Source: Nitrosopumilaceae archaeon (lineage in GTDB: Archaea; Thermoproteota; Nitrososphaeria; Nitrososphaerales; Nitrosopumilaceae). From it: a DNA stretch of 64,000 nucleotides. Under the pieces are notes generated by a model that was not told the DNA's origin, did no database searches, and saw only the letters and a program-made list of their open reading frames with translations. The position numbers and the translations under genes were made by a program. The stretch is taken from the NCBI GenBank assembly GCA_965214835.1, contig CBDCCK010000002.1, positions 2,464,001 to 2,528,000 on the forward strand. The letters are read 5' to 3'. This document shows, one piece after another, positions 30,179 to 40,638 of this stretch; positions within the stretch are counted from its first letter, which is position 1; every line of letters begins with the position of its first letter.

Positions 30179-32719
30179 GTGGATTTTGTAAAAGCATTCA
30201 AATCACTCACTGAACATGAGCCTTATCCATGGCAACAAAGAATGTTTAAAAGGTTCATAGACGGAAACGTGCCAGACGTATTAGACATTCCGACAGGATT
30301 AGGAAAAACATCTGTCATTGCAATATGGTTGTTGGCATTAGCACATACAAAAGAATTGAAGAAAGATACAGTTTCTACCCGTATGGTATACATAGTTGAC
30401 AGACGTGTAATTGTAGATCAAGCATCTGCAGAAGTGGAAAACATACGCAAAAAAATCAATGAAGAACCTATAAAATCCATTTTAGGTAACATCGGGGGAG
30501 ATTTGAATGTAAGTAGATTGCGAGGAGGTGGAGGTCTAGATGACAGCAGGCAATGGCTACGAGATCCACACAAACCTGCAATAATAGTAGGGACTACAGA
30601 TATGATAGGGAGCCGTTTGCTCTTTTCAGGTTATGGGGCTGGTAAGAAAATTAGATCGTTTTACGCGGGTTTGTTGGGTCAAGATTCCTTAATTGTGCTA
30701 GACGAAACACATCTTTCACCTGCTATGGAAAGAGTGCTAAAAGATATCAAACATGTCTCACATGAAATAGAAGAAAAAAATCTATTATATCCACCAAAAA
30801 TCCTTCTGATGTCAGCTACACAACACACTAGCAACTCAGACAGGTTAGGATTAGATGAAGATGATCTAAAACTCGAAAATGTCAAAAAACGCTACAAAGC
30901 ACCTAAAAAGCTAGAATTGCAGCAAAGTGATAAAAAAGAAGTACAAAATGAAATATTTAATCACGCGATTAAAATGAGCGGGAGGGTTATAATATATGTT
31001 CAAAAACCATCCGATGCAAAAGCCATATCCAAAAAACTCCGTAAAGAGGAAAAAGAGAGCATAGTTCTAACAGGTACCATTAGAGGATTTGAGCGGGACC
31101 GCTTGGCTGACGAAGAAGCATACAATGCGTTTCTAGACAAAGAATGGAATCATGATAGAACTGTATACATGGTGTCAACATCAGCAGGAGAAGTAGGGGC
31201 GGATTTTGATGCAGATCACATGGTATGTGACATGACCACGATGGACTCATTCATACAAAGGTTAGGGAGAGTAAACCGGAGTGGGGGAAGAAAATCAAGT
31301 ATAGTGGTAGTATACAGCAAAGAGGATTTTAATAAAAAGGACAAATATAGTGAAAGTAAAAAAGCCACAGCACATATCTTGGAAAAACTAGTGAAGGAAA
31401 ACAACAATGATGTGAGCCCGCATCGGTTGGACAAAATACCCTCAGAGGAAAAAAACCAAGCGTTTTCCCCCACACCAGAGACTCAGCCACTAACCAAGGA
31501 GATATTGGATATGTGGTCCATGACGTCGATCTACAAAGAATATTCATCCAGACCCAAGGTAAGTCACTGGCTGCATGGCAAACCAGAACGATCCGAGCCA
31601 GACACATACATCGTATGGAGAGATGATGTCGAATACCTAACTGATGCTGACGATTCAGAATTAGAACATCTCTTTGAACGCCATAGAATACTCCCACAAG
31701 AGATAGTCCGAGAGAAAACAAACGATGTTTATAATTTTCTAAAACAGCTAGGCAGTAACGACAATGCAATCATTATAACAAATGGTAGGTATGAAAAATT
31801 CAACATATCTAAAGATGTACAAGAAAGAAAAGATTTGAAATTCGCAACCATAGTTCTACCATGCAGAGTGGGGGGCCTGAATTCTGATGGATTTTTGGAT
31901 GTAAAATCCAAGCGGTCAGTACTCGACGTGGCTGACATTCCTCACATGAAAAATCGCATAAGGGTTCTCGTAAAAGAAGTGGAGGAAGAAGACGGCAGCA
32001 TTACAGAATATGTTGAAAAATACATTGGTGATAGTAATGAAAAAAATGAAAAGCTTGATGAATGGTATAAATCCATGCCTAATATGAAATTAGTTCACAG
32101 ACAGAATGAACCATCATACATGAAAGAAGATGGCGTTGTCCGCGAAGTACGGTATTATAGGACAGTAAAAGATAAACCACAAAAGGCGCAAAGAATGGAA
32201 AAATTACAAGACCATCTTGAAGAGACAGAAGGCGTGACAAGGAAGATTCTAGAAGGCTTTTCACATGTGCATTCCAACATAAAAGATGCAGTAATTACAG
32301 CCGCAAGATACCATGATCTCGGCAAGGACAACGAGCATTGGCAGAAATGCATGTGGATAGAAGAAGCCGAAAGACCCCTAGCAAAATCCGGAAATAAAAA
32401 AAGACCCATGTCTCTTGGTGGCTTTAGACATGAGTTATTATCCACTCACATGGCACTTAAAAATGACGACAAAGTACGCAATCATGCAGAGAAGGATCTA
32501 ATACTACATCTGATAGCGTCACATCACGGCTGGGCCCGTCCGTGTTTTCGTCCCGAAGCTACAAGGCACACAGGCTTAGAACGCAATAATTCCATATTAT
32601 TGGAAATTGCCACAAGATACTCACAATTACAAAAAAGATTTGGTTCGTTCGGCCTTGCATGGTTGGAGGGACTAGTGAGAGGATCAGACTGGACTGCATC
32701 AGACGGGGAGAAAGTATGA
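30179..32719 (+). CDS. cas3: type I-G Cas3 (SF2 helicase with C-terminal HD nuclease)
   Basis: PTGLGKT, DETH, QRLGRVNR; C-terminal HDLGK, RHE, HHG. Confidence 0.95.
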   Translation: MDFVKAFKSLTEHEPYPWQQRMFKRFIDGNVPDVLDIPTGLGKTSVIAIWLLALAHTKELKKDTVSTRMVYIVDRRVIVDQASAEVENIRKKINEEPIKSILGNIGGDLNVSRLRGGGGLDDSRQWLRDPHKPAIIVGTTDMIGSRLLFSGYGAGKKIRSFYAGLLGQDSLIVLDETHLSPAMERVLKDIKHVSHEIEEKNLLYPPKILLMSATQHTSNSDRLGLDEDDLKLENVKKRYKAPKKLELQQSDKKEVQNEIFNHAIKMSGRVIIYVQKPSDAKAISKKLRKEEKESIVLTGTIRGFERDRLADEEAYNAFLDKEWNHDRTVYMVSTSAGEVGADFDADHMVCDMTTMDSFIQRLGRVNRSGGRKSSIVVVYSKEDFNKKDKYSESKKATAHILEKLVKENNNDVSPHRLDKIPSEEKNQAFSPTPETQPLTKEILDMWSMTSIYKEYSSRPKVSHWLHGKPERSEPDTYIVWRDDVEYLTDADDSELEHLFERHRILPQEIVREKTNDVYNFLKQLGSNDNAIIITNGRYEKFNISKDVQERKDLKFATIVLPCRVGGLNSDGFLDVKSKRSVLDVADIPHMKNRIRVLVKEVEEEDGSITEYVEKYIGDSNEKNEKLDEWYKSMPNMKLVHRQNEPSYMKEDGVVREVRYYRTVKDKPQKAQRMEKLQDHLEETEGVTRKILEGFSHVHSNIKDAVITAARYHDLGKDNEHWQKCMWIEEAERPLAKSGNKKRPMSLGGFRHELLSTHMALKNDDKVRNHAEKDLILHLIASHHGWARPCFRPEATRHTGLERNNSILLEIATRYSQLQKRFGSFGLAWLEGLVRGSDWTASDGEKV

Positions 32720-33474
32720 CTGCAAATTTAAAACTCCATGAATTTTCAATTCCGGTAAACCCCAACAATCCAGGACATTATTTTGCATGTTGCGGCATAC
32801 TGTATATGGCAGATCGTGTTTTTGATGTTGCGACTGGGCATTTTAATGACGGATGTTTTGTTCTGCAAACTAACCATGATGGAAATCCACTCGAGTATAT
32901 GATAAAGCAGATTTCAATGTTGGAAATCAAGAATGTGAATGAAACTAACGAGTCTCCAATAGAACTAAAGAACGAAAACGTAAAAATATACTTAGATTTT
33001 TGGGATCATTTTGATGATAGGCCCAAAATAAAATTATTTGCAGGGAGAGAAAAATCAAAAGAAATAATTGACAGATGGCAGGAGGAGTTAAAAAAAGTAG
33101 AAATTGAGGGAGCAAATATTTTCAAGATTAGTACAAAAAATCTCCCGTCTGGGTTTGACACATCTACAGCATGGAACTCGCTAGATGTGGGATTTTCACT
33201 AAACGAACATAAGAAAATGAAGGATAACATGACTTCATATCCCGTAGTTGAGTTTTTTGCACATATTGGGGCGCAAATGTTTGGATACAGCATACGTGAA
33301 CACAGATACTACTATCAAGTATGGAAGCATCCATTGCCTATTCAGACTGCTATGGCAGTTGCAGCCGGCGCAATTGAGTTGGCGCATACTCAGCTATTTA
33401 TGTCCAATACAAAAAAGAGTGGACAAAAGCAAGTATTTATACCTGCAAAGAGGTACTTAGTCAACTATGAGTGA
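32716..33474 (+). CDS. csb3: type I-G Cas8g (Csb3/Cas8u2-like)
   Basis: NPGHYFACCG, KLFAG, LDVGFS, PVVE.FA.IG.Q; lies between cas3 and csb1. Confidence 0.8.
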   Translation: MTANLKLHEFSIPVNPNNPGHYFACCGILYMADRVFDVATGHFNDGCFVLQTNHDGNPLEYMIKQISMLEIKNVNETNESPIELKNENVKIYLDFWDHFDDRPKIKLFAGREKSKEIIDRWQEELKKVEIEGANIFKISTKNLPSGFDTSTAWNSLDVGFSLNEHKKMKDNMTSYPVVEFFAHIGAQMFGYSIREHRYYYQVWKHPLPIQTAMAVAAGAIELAHTQLFMSNTKKSGQKQVFIPAKRYLVNYE

Positions 33475-34534
33475 TTTTTCTTCCACGGTTGAAAAATGGA
33501 TTAAGAGTGATTTATCCGCCATAGTGTTAAGAGAACACCTTATTCCGGTAGAAGGCAAAGACTCGCCATTCTTCCCCCCCACATTTGCAGGAGATGATGG
33601 CGATAAAGGTGGATACTGCATTGACACTATGAAAGACGGCACCAAAACATGCCTGATAGACACGGTCGGTTCACAAGCAAATAGAATGGAACCAATGTTT
33701 ACAGACAAGGAATATTCCAAGTTGATTCCCCAGATTACCATAAAATATGGTCAGAATGGCGGCATGGTAAACATGTGCGAGGTAGGGCACAGAGCAGCTG
33801 ATGCACTACTTAGAAATTCAGACATTTACGATGATCTGCTAAAAGAGGCGCTAGAGGACATTCCAAGTGACCCAAGCAAAATTGCAAAGATTGCACCAAC
33901 ATCCTTGGTATTTGGTTTATGGGATTCGAGGGGATCACAGGTAAAAACCCCCAGAATTGTTTCCTCTGTAATACGAGCATATGATATAGATGAACTACGA
34001 AGATCGGCGCAATATACACCACCTGTTAACTATGTGGAGGAGGAATTGCTAGATGAATATGGAAGCGACAAGAAAGAAAAAGAGGCACGTTCAAGTTTGG
34101 GGTTCCACGACAACCCGTCAGTCAACACACATGGAGGAATCATAGCTCGTGGTGACATACGCAAGGACACAGTCATAAATTTTGCCGCACTTCGTAAAAT
34201 TACCCTGGAGGATGAAAGTGAAGAGATGAAATTGCAAAAATACATTCTAGGCCTATCCCTGGTTGCGGCAACATACAAACAAGATGGATATCTCAGGCAG
34301 GGTTGCATACTAGTCGTAGATCCAGAACAACCGTCTTCAGAGTGGGATCTCGTATATCCAGACGGAAAACGAGAGAAAACGAGTATAGATCACGACGTTG
34401 TTAAAAAATTTGCCCAAGATGCGGCAAATGTGTTTGGAATTGGAGAAGATAAAGAAGTGAAATTTAACGAAAAAAAAAGTAAAGAAGAGATTAAAACAAA
34501 AAAAGACGAAGGCAAAAAAAGTAAAGGAAAATGA
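33467..34534 (+). CDS. csb1: type I-G Cas7 (Csb1)
   Basis: FPPTFA, DTVGSQANRMEP, HRAADA, PTSLVFGLWDSR, LRQGC. Confidence 0.93.
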   Translation: MSDFSSTVEKWIKSDLSAIVLREHLIPVEGKDSPFFPPTFAGDDGDKGGYCIDTMKDGTKTCLIDTVGSQANRMEPMFTDKEYSKLIPQITIKYGQNGGMVNMCEVGHRAADALLRNSDIYDDLLKEALEDIPSDPSKIAKIAPTSLVFGLWDSRGSQVKTPRIVSSVIRAYDIDELRRSAQYTPPVNYVEEELLDEYGSDKKEKEARSSLGFHDNPSVNTHGGIIARGDIRKDTVINFAALRKITLEDESEEMKLQKYILGLSLVAATYKQDGYLRQGCILVVDPEQPSSEWDLVYPDGKREKTSIDHDVVKKFAQDAANVFGIGEDKEVKFNEKKSKEEIKTKKDEGKKSKGK

Positions 34535-36639
34535 GCGCACAGGGTTTGGTTCAACCCAAAACAAACATCAAGTACATCGTTTTTCAAGTTAACTTTCTAT
34601 TGGATAGGTATCATGGAAAAGAATGGCCACCATCTCCACGTCGCTTTTTTTTAGCTATGATTGCAGCGCTACACCAAGGCTCCAAGAGACGGATAGACAC
34701 AAAACTCGGTATCGATGCACTAAAGTTCTTAGAGAATCTTTTGCCCCCCACGATTTATGCACCGTACGAACAGAATGGGTGCAACTATGCATTATTTGTT
34801 CCAAATAATGATTTAGACATAATTAAAAAAGATTTGAAGAATGTTTTGACAAACAGAACCATGCAGATGAAAAAAATAGGAGCCAGAAAAAACGCAAAGC
34901 CGTACATAATCGATGGCACCATCAAATATTCGTGGGAAGTTGACGCATCAGAACCAGACCTAGACAAACATGTAGATCTGTTAAAAAAAATAGCAAGGGA
35001 GATTACCGTGTTGGGGTGGGGAATAGATCCGGTTGTAGTAGACTGCAGATTGTTTGATGAAGTCACGAATTCAAGAGGAGTAGAGTGTTATAGATACGAT
35101 GAGCATAGTGAAGAAGAGTTGATAGAGGTGCCAGTCAACGGACTTTTAGAAGATGCAAAACGTCATCATGTTGAATGGTGCAAGAGAATAGAGACTAATG
35201 GGGGATTTTGTCAGCCAAACCCGATTACAAAGTCTGCAAGTATGCCATATAGAAAAGACAGGCATGCAATATATGACATAAAAGGATTTGCGATTAAAAA
35301 CGTTGATGATGAGAACGGGCAAAAATCAAGAAAGCGTATGCAAGTAATCACAGTTGAGGAAGTAGGGAAGATCATACATGAGGTTAATTCAGAGAAGGAC
35401 AAAGCCATAAAAAGTGTAGCGGCGGGCAGAGAATCTAAAATAAATACTATTCCACTACCGAGCATAGGCTCCAGCAAGTCAGATGCAAAAATACGCCGTA
35501 TTGGGTTTTTAGTTCCATCACACATGCAAAACAGCGTTAAAGATGCACTTTCTTTCCTAGATGGCGAGATCATAAAAAGTGGTGGAAGTGAATGGCAGTT
35601 TAGATCGATAAAAAAAGACGACGGGGTGTTGAGGGCTTACAAGGGAAAATCAAAGACATGGTGTTCCATAACGCCGTTAGAATTAGATGTAAAGTATGAT
35701 GCAAGTCGTGAGGAGATCTTAGATTCCATAATGCAAAAAATGTACGACATTGCAACAGAAATAGATTTTATTGATTTCAGAAAAGAACCTTATTGGAGCG
35801 GCCTTCCAAAAATTGTCAATCACCATGATGATAAATTTAGAACGTATGTTGATGTGGAATTTAAGAATCCCATCAAAGGTCCGCTTGTTCTCGACAATTC
35901 CCATGCCGATGGAAAAGGAGTGTTTGCCCCAAAAGATCTTCCAGATGTGGCACATTATGCCATACATACTCCCATACCTAAGGAAAAAACAATAACGGTT
36001 GGAGATCAAATGCGCCGGGCGGTAATGTCAAAATTACCCAAGATTATACCCACATCAATATCTGGCCACAGTGGTAGTAAAAGAGCAACAAATCACAGAC
36101 ATGCATTCTGGTTACCGATTGACATAAACCAAGATGGGATGATAGATCACATCATAGTGTACCTCCCTGACGGATTCAACAATACTGAAAGGCATGCCTG
36201 CGGTATGGTTAATGCTTTGTTTGGTAAGGACGATACAAAAACGAGACTGGTTTTCCTGGGATTTTCTAGCAGAAAAAAATTGCTGAGGAAAATTCCGATG
36301 TTTAACAGCGCTTATAAATGGAAAAGTATATCACCGTATTTTATGCCAAAGCATTCAAAAAAAAGATATGGTGTAATAGAGCAAATAAAAGAGGAATGTG
36401 TGAAACGAGGATTGTCAGAGCCAGAAATAACATCATGCAGTACATGGATGCAGCAAGACTCCAAAAACCGCCATGTGAGAAATTTTAATTTCAATAGGAA
36501 CGGACGGCAGCCCCCAAACACAATAGGGCATTTTCTGGAGATAAAGTTCCCAGATAAGGTTACAGGTCCTCTCAATCTTGGATACGGATGTCATTTTGGC
36601 TTGGGCATGTTTGCCCCAGAAGAACCTCAAGGAACATAG
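34531..36639 (+). CDS. csb2: type I-G Csb2 (Cas5/Cas6 fusion), 702 aa with two Cas6-like C-terminal modules
   Basis: EWPPSP.R, FVPNND, LGWGID; terminal GPL.LGYGCHFGLGMF G-loop. Confidence 0.9.
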   Translation: MSAQGLVQPKTNIKYIVFQVNFLLDRYHGKEWPPSPRRFFLAMIAALHQGSKRRIDTKLGIDALKFLENLLPPTIYAPYEQNGCNYALFVPNNDLDIIKKDLKNVLTNRTMQMKKIGARKNAKPYIIDGTIKYSWEVDASEPDLDKHVDLLKKIAREITVLGWGIDPVVVDCRLFDEVTNSRGVECYRYDEHSEEELIEVPVNGLLEDAKRHHVEWCKRIETNGGFCQPNPITKSASMPYRKDRHAIYDIKGFAIKNVDDENGQKSRKRMQVITVEEVGKIIHEVNSEKDKAIKSVAAGRESKINTIPLPSIGSSKSDAKIRRIGFLVPSHMQNSVKDALSFLDGEIIKSGGSEWQFRSIKKDDGVLRAYKGKSKTWCSITPLELDVKYDASREEILDSIMQKMYDIATEIDFIDFRKEPYWSGLPKIVNHHDDKFRTYVDVEFKNPIKGPLVLDNSHADGKGVFAPKDLPDVAHYAIHTPIPKEKTITVGDQMRRAVMSKLPKIIPTSISGHSGSKRATNHRHAFWLPIDINQDGMIDHIIVYLPDGFNNTERHACGMVNALFGKDDTKTRLVFLGFSSRKKLLRKIPMFNSAYKWKSISPYFMPKHSKKRYGVIEQIKEECVKRGLSEPEITSCSTWMQQDSKNRHVRNFNFNRNGRQPPNTIGHFLEIKFPDKVTGPLNLGYGCHFGLGMFAPEEPQGT

Positions 36640-36863
36640 TAGTGTCTTTGTTATAATGGCGATCAAAAGTTTTCAAATGCATACGGGTATGAACTACGCA
36701 CGAATGCGCTTTTTGGTGATCAAAGACTTTCAACTGTAGTGCGCACAATTGAAAATGGGATATTTTCTTATCGAAATAGGTACGATATGTCAAAATTGTG
36801 TTACAATTTTTGATGCGTGTACTATGTAACCATGTACATGTTCAGGATTTCGGCAGGGCAGTT

Positions 36864-39800
36864 CTACCTGATCATCTTTGCATCACAAATGCTGTGATAC
36901 GAGCAAAACAGGCACGACCGGAAGCTCGGCGTGGGCCCAAAGTCCTCCTTGAGGACGTCCTCTGCCATCTCCTTTATCGACTCCATGGATTCGGCCACCG
37001 ATTCCTCAGTTATATCGTACTCGACCATCCTGTCCTTTTCGAGGTAGAACAGCGATGCCTTTGCCGGCAGGGCCCCCATTATCTTCTCGACTGCCTTGGC
37101 GTAGATGTTCAGCTGGTGATCCGCCCTTGCCTTGTCCTTGGACTTTGCCGACGAGCCGGACTTGAAGTCCACCACCTCGTATTTCCCGTCCGGATTCCTC
37201 TCCAGCCTGTCTATCCTGCCCGTAAACGTGATCCCACCTATTTTTACCTCGAATGGAACCTCCGTTCCCACCACCTCGTTTTGCGTCTTGGCATCCCACC
37301 TCAGATATGCCTCGATCATCTGCTCGGCCCTCCCCATCGCCTTGCCCTCGTCTGCCCGGCTCGGATACGAGCGGAAGATCCACCTGTCCCTGAGTATCTC
37401 CATCCCCCTCTCCCTTGTCGGCGCCTCCCCCCTTGTCTTCATCTCGGCCATGACCCGGACCACGTCATGTATGACAGAGCCAAGATCAAGTGAGGCGCTT
37501 GCCTTCTGCGGCACCCGGAGGATCTTCTGGTACTTGAACTTTAGAGGGCAGTCCTCAAAGGCGGCTATGCTGCTAGGCGACAGCGTAAACGTATCCATGT
37601 TGATCAGCTGCCGCCGCGCACCGGGCATCTCGGGGGACAAATCAAGGTCGTCTACGTCTATCTTCAGCACGTCCCCGGGGACAAACCCCCCGAGGCTGCC
37701 GTGCTTTTCACGGTGCCTCATCCCTGCAAGCTCGACTATTCTGTGGACTGCCGTGGTCAGGTGCATCTGGTTTACGGCCCTGACTGCCTCCGCCTGAAGG
37801 CGCGACCTTGCCCTCTCTATCGCATCCCCGTGTACAGCATAAGGCTCCCCGGACTCTTCAAAGTCAGTCACCCTGACTCGCGGGTTGTTCTCATAGTCCA
37901 GCTCCTCCAGAAACTGCGAGGGCTTGTTCTCGCTTACTTTATCCGTGTAACGCCGCGGATACAGCAGGAACAGCCGGTTCATGGCGCGCGTCACCGAGAC
38001 GTAAAACAGCCTCCTCTCCTCCTCCGTGTGGAGCTCCTCGGTGTCTGCTATCCGATCCGCGCCCCTCAAAAGGTCCCTTGGCACGTCAAACAGGCGATCC
38101 CTCCACTTTACCGGAAACCTTCCCATTACAAGGTCTGTCACAAAGACTATTGGAAACTCCTTTCCTTTGCTCTTGTGCATCGTCATGACGCTGACGGCAT
38201 CTTCTGACGCCATGTCCTCGATCTCTATATCAAACTCCCCCGTGATCCTGACGTGCTCCAGAAACTCCGACAGCGGGCTGGTCGGATAGATGTCCTGAAA
38301 CTCTTGCGCGATCTCATAGAACTTGTTCAGGAGCAGGATGTTCCTTCTGTCACGCTCCCCGTCCGAGTCTACAGATCTCTTGTACAGGTCAGAGACGCCA
38401 AACATTATTTCATATACAAGCTCGCTTATCGTTGCGCTGCCTGCAAGATCTATAACCCTGTCTATCTGCCCCACAAGCTCGGCAATCTCGGACTTTTGCG
38501 TGACTGCAAAGTTCCCGTGCTTTCTGACCGTGTCCAGTACAAAGTCCTGCTCTCCGGCATGGGCGCGCATTGCCCTCATATGTGCCTCGCGCGTGAGGAC
38601 GGCGATGTTTTGTTCGGAGATCCCGTGGTTTTTGAGCAGCTTGAAGATCTCCATGCCAGACGTCGTGGGCGAGTCTGCCATTCTCAGGAACGCAAGCAGG
38701 TCCAGTATGGCCGGATTGGCAAGGATGTTGACCTCGCCGGCAAAGGTGGCGGGGATTCCAAGCGAGCGCATAGATTTTACATATTGCAAGCCCTCTGCCT
38801 TGCTCCTTGACAGGACCGCAATGTCCCCGTACGTGATCCTTCTCACCGTGCCGTCGCGTCTCTGCAGGTTCTGGCCGACGGACTCGCGGACGGTCCTTGC
38901 CACAAACTCTCCCTGTCCTGCCTCCGTGAGGGTCCTCACCACGCTGACGGGATCCCCGTCCTCCTCGTCAGAATAGAGTCGCTTTTTCTCTCTGTTTTTC
39001 ACGGCTGCCAGCAGCTGGCGTGCAAGCTCTACGATGTTTTTGGTGCTGCGGTAGTTCCTGACAAGCCTGCTCTTTTTCAGGCCCGCATACGCCTCCTCAA
39101 ACTCCCTGAAGATTCCACGGTACGCACCTTGGAACCCCATGATGCACTGATCATCGTCTCCGACCGCCGTTATATTTTTGGATCCGGCCAGCAGCTTGAC
39201 CAGCTCCATCTGTGAAAAGTTGTTGTCCTGAAACTCGTCTATCAGGATGTGCCTGAATCTGTCCCGGTACCCTTGCAGGATCACGGGATCCCTCCTCAGC
39301 AGCCTGACTGCCTCGGCCACCATGTCGTCAAAGTCGATCAGGTTCCTTTCCTTGCGATGGTCCTCGTATGCCCGGTATATCTTGTTGAACTCGTTCAGCC
39401 TGTGGTAGTATTTCAGTTGTTCCTGCACGTCCCGTCCCTTTGTGTCCTTGCCGTTCAGCCCATCCAGGGTAGAATCGATGTGGCTCTGCAGCTCTGCCGG
39501 CGTGATCATCTCCTCCTTGTAGGAGGCGATTGCCCTGAGGGCCGCAGTGTAGACCCGGATCTGGTTGCTGCCTATGGCCAGGCGATTGGCGTCAAGACCA
39601 AACCTGTCTGTGTTCTTTATGCACCAGACAAGCTGCGACGTCTTTTTGAAGATCCTAGTTGTCCTTTCCAGTCCTGACTCTACAAAGTTGTCCTCCAGGA
39701 TCTCCTTTGCAAGCGAATGAAACGTGCCTATCTTTACATCTGTGACCCCCTCTTTTTCCAGCCTTTGCCTCATCTCGCCTGCCGCCTTTGTGGTAAAGGT

Positions 39801-39977
39801 CATGCACAGGACAGAGTCCTGGGGGACGCCTGACCTTGCCAAATTGAGCACCTTTGCGGCGATGACGCGGGTCTTTCCGCTGCCGGGCCCTGCAATGATG
39901 AGCAGTGGACCCTCGACATGTTTTGCCGCAGATTCCTGCTGCTCGTCTAGCTGAAAATCCAAGCAATCCCCCGACAT
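36864..39977 (-). CDS. UvrD/PcrA-like SF1 helicase fused to a C-terminal PD-(D/E)XK nuclease with Fe-S cysteines (AdnA/AddA-like)
   Basis: AGPGSGKT, DEFQD, VGDDDQ, NYRS, MH.SKGKEF, EERRLFYV; CPLKF, GRIDR, VDFKSG, CLFC...C. Start may extend to 40001. Confidence 0.9.
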   Translation of the reverse strand: MSGDCLDFQLDEQQESAAKHVEGPLLIIAGPGSGKTRVIAAKVLNLARSGVPQDSVLCMTFTTKAAGEMRQRLEKEGVTDVKIGTFHSLAKEILEDNFVESGLERTTRIFKKTSQLVWCIKNTDRFGLDANRLAIGSNQIRVYTAALRAIASYKEEMITPAELQSHIDSTLDGLNGKDTKGRDVQEQLKYYHRLNEFNKIYRAYEDHRKERNLIDFDDMVAEAVRLLRRDPVILQGYRDRFRHILIDEFQDNNFSQMELVKLLAGSKNITAVGDDDQCIMGFQGAYRGIFREFEEAYAGLKKSRLVRNYRSTKNIVELARQLLAAVKNREKKRLYSDEEDGDPVSVVRTLTEAGQGEFVARTVRESVGQNLQRRDGTVRRITYGDIAVLSRSKAEGLQYVKSMRSLGIPATFAGEVNILANPAILDLLAFLRMADSPTTSGMEIFKLLKNHGISEQNIAVLTREAHMRAMRAHAGEQDFVLDTVRKHGNFAVTQKSEIAELVGQIDRVIDLAGSATISELVYEIMFGVSDLYKRSVDSDGERDRRNILLLNKFYEIAQEFQDIYPTSPLSEFLEHVRITGEFDIEIEDMASEDAVSVMTMHKSKGKEFPIVFVTDLVMGRFPVKWRDRLFDVPRDLLRGADRIADTEELHTEEERRLFYVSVTRAMNRLFLLYPRRYTDKVSENKPSQFLEELDYENNPRVRVTDFEESGEPYAVHGDAIERARSRLQAEAVRAVNQMHLTTAVHRIVELAGMRHREKHGSLGGFVPGDVLKIDVDDLDLSPEMPGARRQLINMDTFTLSPSSIAAFEDCPLKFKYQKILRVPQKASASLDLGSVIHDVVRVMAEMKTRGEAPTRERGMEILRDRWIFRSYPSRADEGKAMGRAEQMIEAYLRWDAKTQNEVVGTEVPFEVKIGGITFTGRIDRLERNPDGKYEVVDFKSGSSAKSKDKARADHQLNIYAKAVEKIMGALPAKASLFYLEKDRMVEYDITEESVAESMESIKEMAEDVLKEDFGPTPSFRSCLFCSYHSICDAKMIR

Positions 39978-40189
39978 GATCCGTACACCTGATGCGCTCA
40001 CCGGTATTTCCTATTTTACTGTAGGCCCAAAGACTGGCGGGGACTGCTATGTTCATACTCTTCATCCCCGATGCAGAGGACGCCTATGAGGCGATGCGGA
40101 TTATGGCAGTCGTTTCGTCTCTTTGCCGCCACTTGGAACCAACGTAACAGGATAGCCCCTGCCTAGGCAGCAATCGGGCACGAATCACG

Positions 40190-40392
40190 ACGGTTTGCCG
40201 TAACTCCAAAATGACCCCATAGTCTCCCACACGCAGTCTATGCAACGAGGAGCCAACCTGCCTAGTCGCTGCCTTGAACGGATCCTCATATGCACATTCC
40301 AGAAGAGTCATAAATCCATCGGCTGTACCTTCTGTCTATTTTTTCCAGCCTCCTCACTGATCTGTCGTACAACATCAGGTTCTATGTAAAGC
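40190..40392 (-). pseudogene. RelE/ParE toxin remnant
   Basis: RRLEKIDRR in one frame, then EDPF...GSSLHRLRVGDY.VI in another; nonsense codon and frameshift; ends approximate. Confidence 0.65.
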
Positions 40393-40638
40393 GCCTGGGG
40401 AACTTTTCTCCACAGTCTTCCCAAAAGCAACCCAAAAAATGGCTCCAAACCGTGAAACAGCTCAAGCCAAACTGCCTGCAGATCCGCATACCACCGTCTG
40501 CACCACAGTGAGTCATGTTACTTCTGGGAAGACTGAGTTAGAAGAAAAGTGTAAAAGCCAGGCAAAAGCAGAAACCGGCCAGAAAACGCGGCGCCTCGAA
40601 CCGTGCCCGGCGACACGGTAGGTGGACGGCAGTTCCGC

